Origin: Candidatus Eiseniibacteriota bacterium
Lineage (GTDB): Bacteria; Eisenbacteria; RBG-16-71-46
DNA: 64,000 nucleotides
Reading direction: 5' to 3'
Assembly (NCBI GenBank): GCA_963776245.1
Contig: CAVZLN010000004.1
Span: 160,001 to 224,000, forward strand
The stretch's first letter is position 1. Each line of letters opens with the position of its first letter. Below the pieces are notes generated by a model. It searched no databases. It was not told where the DNA came from and saw only the letters and a list, made by a program, of their open reading frames with translations. Positions 58,445 through 64,000 of the stretch are shown in pieces. Position numbers and translations under genes: made by a program.

Positions 58445-59817
58445 GTCATATCGGGCGTTCGGCGGAGGAAGAGCAGCGCATGCTCGGGGTGATCGGGGTG
58501 AAGCGGTTCGAGGACCTGCTCAGCGCCATCCCGAAGACGGCCCTGCTGGAGCGGCCGCTCGACATCCCCGGACCGCTCTCCGAGATCGAGATCCGGCGGC
58601 GGTTCGGCGGCTGGGCGCGCGAGGACGCGGCCGACCGGGCGGTGTCGTTCCTCGGCGGCGGCCTGTACGACCACTTCGTGCCCGCGGCCGTGGACGCACT
58701 CTCGATGCGGTCGGAGTTCGCCACCGCGTACACGCCGTACCAGCCCGAGGTCGCGCAGGGCACGCTGACCGCGATCTTCGAGTTCCAGAGCATGATCGCC
58801 GAGCTCACCGGTTGCGACGTGGCCAACGCGTCGATGTACGATGGCGCGACGGCCGTGGTCGAAGCGGCGTTGCTGGCCCGCGCGCACACCCAGCGCTCGC
58901 GGGTCGTGGTCGCGGGGGCCCTGCACCCGCACCACCTCGCCGTGCTGCGCACCTATCTGGACACCTCGGACATCACCGCCGTGGGCGATCGGGGTGGCCG
59001 GTGCGCGCCCGAAGACCTCCAGCGCGCGCTCGGCCCCGACGTGGCGTGCGTGGTGTACCAGCACCCGAACTTCTTCGGGCTGCTCGAGAGCCCGGCGACG
59101 CTGCACGCGCTCGCGCACGAGGCCGGGGCGCTCGCCGTGGCGTGCGTGGACCCGATCGCGCTCGCGCTGCTGGAGCCGCCCGGGTCCGCGGGCGCCGGCC
59201 CGGGCAGCGGGGCGGACCTGGTGGTCGGGGAGGGCCAGGCGCTCGGCAATCGGCCCTCCTTCGGCGGGCCACTGCTCGGGTTCTTCGCGTGCACGAAGGC
59301 GCTGCTGCGACGCATGCCGGGCCGTCTCGTGGCCCAGACCGCCGACCGGGACGGCCGGCGCGGATTCGTGCTCACGCTCCAGACGCGTGAGCAGCACATC
59401 CGCCGCGAGAAGGCGACGTCCAACATCTGCACCAATCAGGGCCTGGTCGCGCTGCGTGCGACCATCCACATGGGCCTGCTGGGCCGGGAGGGCATGCGCG
59501 AGGTCGCCGAGCTGTGCGTGCGGAAGACGCACCACGCCGCGCGCCTGGCCAGCGCGACGCCGGGCTTCCGGCTCGCGCACGACGGTGTGTTCTTCCGCGA
59601 GTTCGTGCTCGAGTGCCCGGTGGATGCCGCCGAGGTGGTGCGCGTGGGACTGGAACGGGACATCCTGGCGGGAGTGGATCTCGGGCAGTTCCGGCCGGAG
59701 TGGAAGCGCTGGCTGCTGGTGGCGGTCACCGAGCAGCGCAGTGCCGAGGAGATCGACCGCTGGGCCGACGTGCTGGTCGCCGCGTCCGCGGCCGCGGTGC
59801 CGGGAGGTGTGTCATGA
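58441..59817 (+). CDS. gcvPA: Glycine dehydrogenase (decarboxylating) subunit 1
   Basis: FLGGG.YDH, EFATAYTPYQPEVAQG, NASMYDG and LQTREQHIRREKATSNICTN. Confidence 0.95.
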   Translation: MSHIGRSAEEEQRMLGVIGVKRFEDLLSAIPKTALLERPLDIPGPLSEIEIRRRFGGWAREDAADRAVSFLGGGLYDHFVPAAVDALSMRSEFATAYTPYQPEVAQGTLTAIFEFQSMIAELTGCDVANASMYDGATAVVEAALLARAHTQRSRVVVAGALHPHHLAVLRTYLDTSDITAVGDRGGRCAPEDLQRALGPDVACVVYQHPNFFGLLESPATLHALAHEAGALAVACVDPIALALLEPPGSAGAGPGSGADLVVGEGQALGNRPSFGGPLLGFFACTKALLRRMPGRLVAQTADRDGRRGFVLTLQTREQHIRREKATSNICTNQGLVALRATIHMGLLGREGMREVAELCVRKTHHAARLASATPGFRLAHDGVFFREFVLECPVDAAEVVRVGLERDILAGVDLGQFRPEWKRWLLVAVTEQRSAEEIDRWADVLVAASAAAVPGGVS

Positions 59818-61295
59818 GCGTCAATGGCCGTCTCCTGATCGAGCAGGGCGGACCGGGCCATCGGGGACCGTCGCTCCCGGCGTGTGACGTCCCGACCGTC
59901 CCGCTGGCCGAGCTCCTGCCGGGCGCGCGCCTGCGCGCCTCGCTGGCTTTCCCGCAGGTCACCGAGCCGGAGGTAGTGCGCCACTTCATCGAGCTGTCGG
60001 TGATGAATCACCACATCGACAAAGGGCTCTACCCGCTCGGCTCGTGCACCATGAAGCACAATCCGAAGCTCAACGACGAGATCGCCGCGCTGCCGGGCTT
60101 CGCGCTCGCCCACCCGCTGGGACCGGACGAGGCCAACCAGGGCGCGCTGCGCGTGTTGTTCGAGCTCCAGCGCGTGCTCGCCGCCATCACCGGGTTCAGC
60201 GCGGTCACCACCCAGCCGGCGGCCGGTGCGCAGGGCGAGCTGACCGGGCTCATGCTGATCCGCGCTTACCACCGTTCGCGGGGCGACGGCGAGCGGCGCA
60301 CCCGCGTGCTGGTGCCCGACTCGGCCCACGGCACCAATCCGGCGAGCGTCAGCCTGCTCGGCTGGGAGGCCGTCACCGTGCCGTCGCGCGCCGACGCGAG
60401 CGTGGACCTCGACGCCTTCGCGAAGGTGCTCGACGACCGGGTGGCGGCGATGATGATCACGGTGCCGAACACCGTCGGCCTGTTCGAGACACACATCCGC
60501 GAGCTGGTGGAGATGGCGCACCGGGCGGGCGCCCAGATGTACATGGATGGGGCCAACCTCAACGCGCTGGTCGGGCGGGTGCGGCCGGGCGATCTCGGAT
60601 TCGACGTCATGCACATCAACGTGCACAAGACGTTCTCGACGCCCCACGGGGGCGGGGGGCCCGGGGCCGGCCCGGTGGCCGTCGCGCGGCACCTCGAACC
60701 GTTCCTGCCGGTCCCGGTGGTGGAGGAGCACGGTGGTCGCCTGCGCCTGGTGCGGCAGCGGGAGCGGTCGATCGGCCGCGTGCACTCGTTCAACGGCAAT
60801 TTCGGGATCCTGGTCCGCGCGCTCGCCTACATCCTCAACAACGGTCCCGCGGGCCTGAGTGAGGTGAGCCGCGCCGCGATCCTCAACGCGAACTACCTGA
60901 TGCGACGGCTGGCGTCGACCTACGAGCTGCCGCACGACGCGCACTGCATGCACGAGTTCGTGCTCTCGGGCCGCCCGCTCAAGAAGTACGGGATCCGGAC
61001 CCTCGATGTCGCCAAGCGGCTGTTGGACTTCGGCGTGCACGCGCCCACCGTGTACTTCCCGCTCACCATCGAGGAAGCGATGATGATCGAGCCGACCGAG
61101 ACCGAGACCCTCGACCGGCTGGACCACTTCGCGGCGGCGATGGAGCAGATCGCCGCGGAGGCGGCGAATGCCCCCGAGTCGCTGCGGGGCGCCCCGCACA
61201 CCACGCCGGTCAAGCGGCTCGACGAGGGTCGCGCCGCGCGCGAGCTGGTGCTGCGCTGGTCGTCCGGGTCGCAGCCCGGCACGCATGGCCGCTGA
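59814..61295 (+). CDS. gcvPB: Glycine dehydrogenase (decarboxylating) subunit 2
   Basis: YPLGSCTMK.NP, QPAAGAQGE, SAHGTNPAS, DGANLNA, HKTFSTPHGGGGPG and MIEPTETE. Confidence 0.95.
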   Translation: MSVNGRLLIEQGGPGHRGPSLPACDVPTVPLAELLPGARLRASLAFPQVTEPEVVRHFIELSVMNHHIDKGLYPLGSCTMKHNPKLNDEIAALPGFALAHPLGPDEANQGALRVLFELQRVLAAITGFSAVTTQPAAGAQGELTGLMLIRAYHRSRGDGERRTRVLVPDSAHGTNPASVSLLGWEAVTVPSRADASVDLDAFAKVLDDRVAAMMITVPNTVGLFETHIRELVEMAHRAGAQMYMDGANLNALVGRVRPGDLGFDVMHINVHKTFSTPHGGGGPGAGPVAVARHLEPFLPVPVVEEHGGRLRLVRQRERSIGRVHSFNGNFGILVRALAYILNNGPAGLSEVSRAAILNANYLMRRLASTYELPHDAHCMHEFVLSGRPLKKYGIRTLDVAKRLLDFGVHAPTVYFPLTIEEAMMIEPTETETLDRLDHFAAAMEQIAAEAANAPESLRGAPHTTPVKRLDEGRAARELVLRWSSGSQPGTHGR

Positions 61296-61614
61296 CGGCC
61301 GGTCGTTCGCTCCGGAGGACATCGCACTCGTCGAGCGGGTGGCCGCGCGCATCGTCGCCCTGCGGCTCGAGGTGCCCGCCATCCTCACGCTCGAGAGCTC
61401 GCGCCCGCTGTCGCTGATCGCCGGACAATCGCTCGCCTTCTTCCAGCCCTTCGTCCAGGCGATGTTCCCGCTGCCGGACTACGAGCGTTTCGCGCGACTG
61501 CTCGAGCGGCGGGACGCGCTCGACCTGCTGGTGACGCGCATCGAGACGTTCGCCGCGGACGCGCACGCGAACCGGGACGCTGGACGGGCGCGGCGCGCGG
61601 GCCCGCGGCCCTGA
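61285..61614 (+). CDS. Small conserved hypothetical helical protein
   Basis: Coding-like composition (ERVAARIV...PAILTLES.RPLS....Q...F.QPF...LLERRD..L...IE); overlaps the gcvPB stop and abuts the next gene. Confidence 0.7.
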   Translation: MAADGRSFAPEDIALVERVAARIVALRLEVPAILTLESSRPLSLIAGQSLAFFQPFVQAMFPLPDYERFARLLERRDALDLLVTRIETFAADAHANRDAGRARRAGPRP

Positions 61615-61619
61615 AGCCG

Positions 61620-63431
61620 ATGGGGACCCCCGCGGACGCGCCGCGCTCCATCCTCGCCACCGACTGTGGCTCGACCACCACGAAGGCCATCCTCATCGAG
61701 CGGCACGAGGGCGCGTACCGCCTGGTGGCGCGCGGCGAGGCGCCCACCACCGTCGAGGCGCCCTACGAGGACGTGACGCAGGGCGTGCTCAACGCGGTGC
61801 GCGAGATCGAGGAACTGGCGGGGCGTCCGCTCCTCGAGGGGGGGCGGATCCTCGCGCCGCAACGCGGCGAGTCCGGGGCGGACCTCTACCTCTCGACCTC
61901 GAGCGCTGGCGGCGGGCTGCAGATGATGGTCTCCGGGCTGGTGCTCCAGATGACGGGAGAGAGCGCGCAGCGCGCGGCGCTCGGTGCCGGCGCGATCGTC
62001 ATGGACGTGATCGCGCTGAACGATGGGCGGCGGCCGCACGAGCGCATCGAGCTGCTCCGCCACCTGCGCCCCGACATGATGCTGCTCTCGGGCGGCACGG
62101 ACGGCGGGGACGTGAGACGCGTGGTCGAGATGGCGGAGCTGATCGTCGCCGCCGACCCCCACGCGCGACTCGGCGCGGGCTACGCGCTGCCGGTGATCTA
62201 CGCCGGCAATGGAGCGGCGGCGACGACGGTCGAGGGCCTGCTCCGCCCGCGCACCGCGCTCACGGTGGTGCCCAATCTGCGGCCGGCGCTCGAGCGCGAG
62301 AACCTCCAGCCGTCGCGGGACGCCATCCACGAGCTGTTCCTGGAGCACGTGATGGCGCACGCGCCCGGCTATCCGAGGCTGATGACCTGGTCGAGCGCGC
62401 CCATCATGCCGACCCCGGCCGCGGTGGGGCTCGTGATCGCGCAGGTCGCGGCGCGGGAGCGGCTCACGGTCGTCGGGGTGGACATCGGCGGCGCGACCAC
62501 GGACGTGTTCTCGGTCTTCGGCGGGGTGTTCAACCGCACCGTCTCCGCCAACCTCGGGATGACGTACTCGATCTCCAACGTCCTCGCCGAGGCCGGGGTG
62601 GAGCAGGTGCTGCGCTGGGTCCCGCTCGAGGTGGAGCCGGACGACCTGCGCAACCGGGTCAAGAACAAGATGATCCGCCCGACCACCATCCCGCAGCGTC
62701 TCGCCGACCTGGTGCTCGAGCAGGCGGTCGCGCGCGAGGCGCTGCGGCTCGCGTTCGACCAGCATCGCGAGCTGGCGGTCGGACTCAAGGGCGTCCAGAG
62801 CGAGCGGACCATCTCCGACATCGTGGCGGCGGGCGCCGCCGGCGACTCGCTCGTGGACCTGCTCGACCTCGACCTGCTGGTGGGCTCGGGGGGCGTGCTG
62901 TCGCACGCGCCGCGCCGCGTGCAGGCCGCGCTGATGTTGATCGACGCGTTCCTGCCCGAGGGACTCACCCGGCTGGCGGTGGACAGCATCTTCATGATGC
63001 CGCAGCTGGGCGTGCTCTCGACCGTCCACGAGGAGGCCGCGACACAGGTCTTCGAGCGGGACTGCCTGGTGCGCCTCGGCGCCGTGCTCGCGCCGGTCGG
63101 CAGTGCGAGACCGGGGCAGCCGTGCGTGACGGTGGATGTCTCCGTTCCCGGGATGCCCTCGGTCACCCGGCGCGTCGCGTTCGGGGACATGCTGCGCATC
63201 CCGCTGCCGGCGACACCCGGCGTGCGCCTGCATGCCGCGCCCGAACACGGGTTCGACCTGGGCCGGGGCCGCGGGCGACCGCTGGACGCCGACCTCGAGG
63301 GCGGGGTGGTGGGGCTCATCGTGGACGCGCGCGGCCGGCGTCCGTTCGAGCTGCCGGCGGACGCGCGGGAGCGCGTCGCGCGCCTGCGCGCGTGGAACGC
63401 GGCGCTCGACGTCTACCCCGAGGGGGTCTGA
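61620..63431 (+). CDS. Glutamate mutase accessory protein GlmL-like ASKHA ATPase
   Basis: TDCGSTTTKA, PTTVE, SSAGGGL, LSGGTDGG, IMPTP, DIGGATTDVFS, RTVSANLGM and GSGGVL. Confidence 0.85.
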   Translation: MGTPADAPRSILATDCGSTTTKAILIERHEGAYRLVARGEAPTTVEAPYEDVTQGVLNAVREIEELAGRPLLEGGRILAPQRGESGADLYLSTSSAGGGLQMMVSGLVLQMTGESAQRAALGAGAIVMDVIALNDGRRPHERIELLRHLRPDMMLLSGGTDGGDVRRVVEMAELIVAADPHARLGAGYALPVIYAGNGAAATTVEGLLRPRTALTVVPNLRPALERENLQPSRDAIHELFLEHVMAHAPGYPRLMTWSSAPIMPTPAAVGLVIAQVAARERLTVVGVDIGGATTDVFSVFGGVFNRTVSANLGMTYSISNVLAEAGVEQVLRWVPLEVEPDDLRNRVKNKMIRPTTIPQRLADLVLEQAVAREALRLAFDQHRELAVGLKGVQSERTISDIVAAGAAGDSLVDLLDLDLLVGSGGVLSHAPRRVQAALMLIDAFLPEGLTRLAVDSIFMMPQLGVLSTVHEEAATQVFERDCLVRLGAVLAPVGSARPGQPCVTVDVSVPGMPSVTRRVAFGDMLRIPLPATPGVRLHAAPEHGFDLGRGRGRPLDADLEGGVVGLIVDARGRRPFELPADARERVARLRAWNAALDVYPEGV

Positions 63432-63432
63432 G

Positions 63433-64000
63433 GTGGCCCACGCGTACACACCGGGACTCACCATCACGCCGCTCGCCGTGGTGCGGCGCGAACGGCGGCT
63501 CCCGCTCAAGGGTCAGGTGCTGGTGGCCGCGGGCGATCGTGTCGGGGCGGCCACCCGGGTGGCGCGCTGCGCGATCCCCGGCGCGGTGCAGACAGTGAAC
63601 CTCTCCGCGCGGCTGTCGGTGGAGCCGGCGCGCGCCGGGGACTGCCTGCTCGTGCCGCTGGGCGGTCCCGTCCGGGCCGGCGAGCCGGTCGCCGAGGGTC
63701 GGAGCCTGTTCGGCCTGGTGCGGACCGTCCTCACGTCCCCGTGCGACGGAAGGGTCGAGAGCCTGTCCCTCCTAACCGGGCAGTTGCTGATCCGCGAGCC
63801 CCAGGTGCCGGTGGAGATCGACGCCTACGTGCGCGGCGTCATCCAGGCCGTGCTCCCCGACGAGGGCGTGATCGTGGAGACGCGCGCGGCGCTGCTGCAG
63901 GGGATCTTCGGGGTCGGGGGGGAGACCTTCGGGCGGCTCGCCTTCGCGGTCGACCAGCCGGGCGAGGCGCTGCTACCGTTCCGGATCGGCCCGGCGCTGC
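63433..64000 (+). CDS. Conserved hypothetical protein with barrel-sandwich-hybrid-like motifs (3' truncated; absent from the ORF track)
   Basis: GTG start 1 nt after the glmL-like stop, with an open frame to the window end: MAHAYTPGL...RRERRLPLKGQVLVAAGDRV...VRAGEPVA...SPCDGRVE...LQGIFGVGGE. Confidence 0.78.
   Translation, partial: MAHAYTPGLTITPLAVVRRERRLPLKGQVLVAAGDRVGAATRVARCAIPGAVQTVNLSARLSVEPARAGDCLLVPLGGPVRAGEPVAEGRSLFGLVRTVLTSPCDGRVESLSLLTGQLLIREPQVPVEIDAYVRGVIQAVLPDEGVIVETRAALLQGIFGVGGETFGRLAFAVDQPGEALLPFRIGPAL

Overview
A very GC-rich, gene-dense core-genome segment from a diderm (LPS-producing) bacterium. The lpxC-fabZ fusion, mcsAB-clpC, split gcvP and the exbB-exbD-exbD-tonB layout suggest an FCB-adjacent lineage such as Ca. 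Eisenbacteria or Gemmatimonadota; this is inference only. Almost all genes are on the + strand. In order: the end of a purine operon (purB-purL-purQ-tandem purS-purF); lysS-lolE-lolD-mcsA-mcsB-clpC-bamA-skp; a lipid A/LPS cluster (lpxD, lpxC-fabZ, lpxA, gnnA-like, lpxB, DUF374, waaA, lpxK, msbA, two GT9s, gmhB fusion) interleaved with nadB and proS; a divergent TPR/Zn-finger plus DUF4388 pair; asnS; a PstS-like/TPR/STAS/STAS/ExbB/ExbD/ExbD/TonB module; a Yip1-TolC-MacAB-type exporter; uvrA; tdh-kbl-gcvTH-PA-PB; and an uncharacterised module built around an orphan GlmL-like ATPase that runs off the window end. I recognised no tRNA, rRNA, CRISPR array or mobile element. Roughly two dozen frameshifts, nearly all +1 and clustered at 48.7-53.6 kb, look like sequencing or assembly errors. 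The best candidates for undescribed systems are the STAS-containing Ton-motor module, the GlmL-like module coupled to glycine cleavage, and the sigma28-like-driven TPR/DUF4388-pilin pair.
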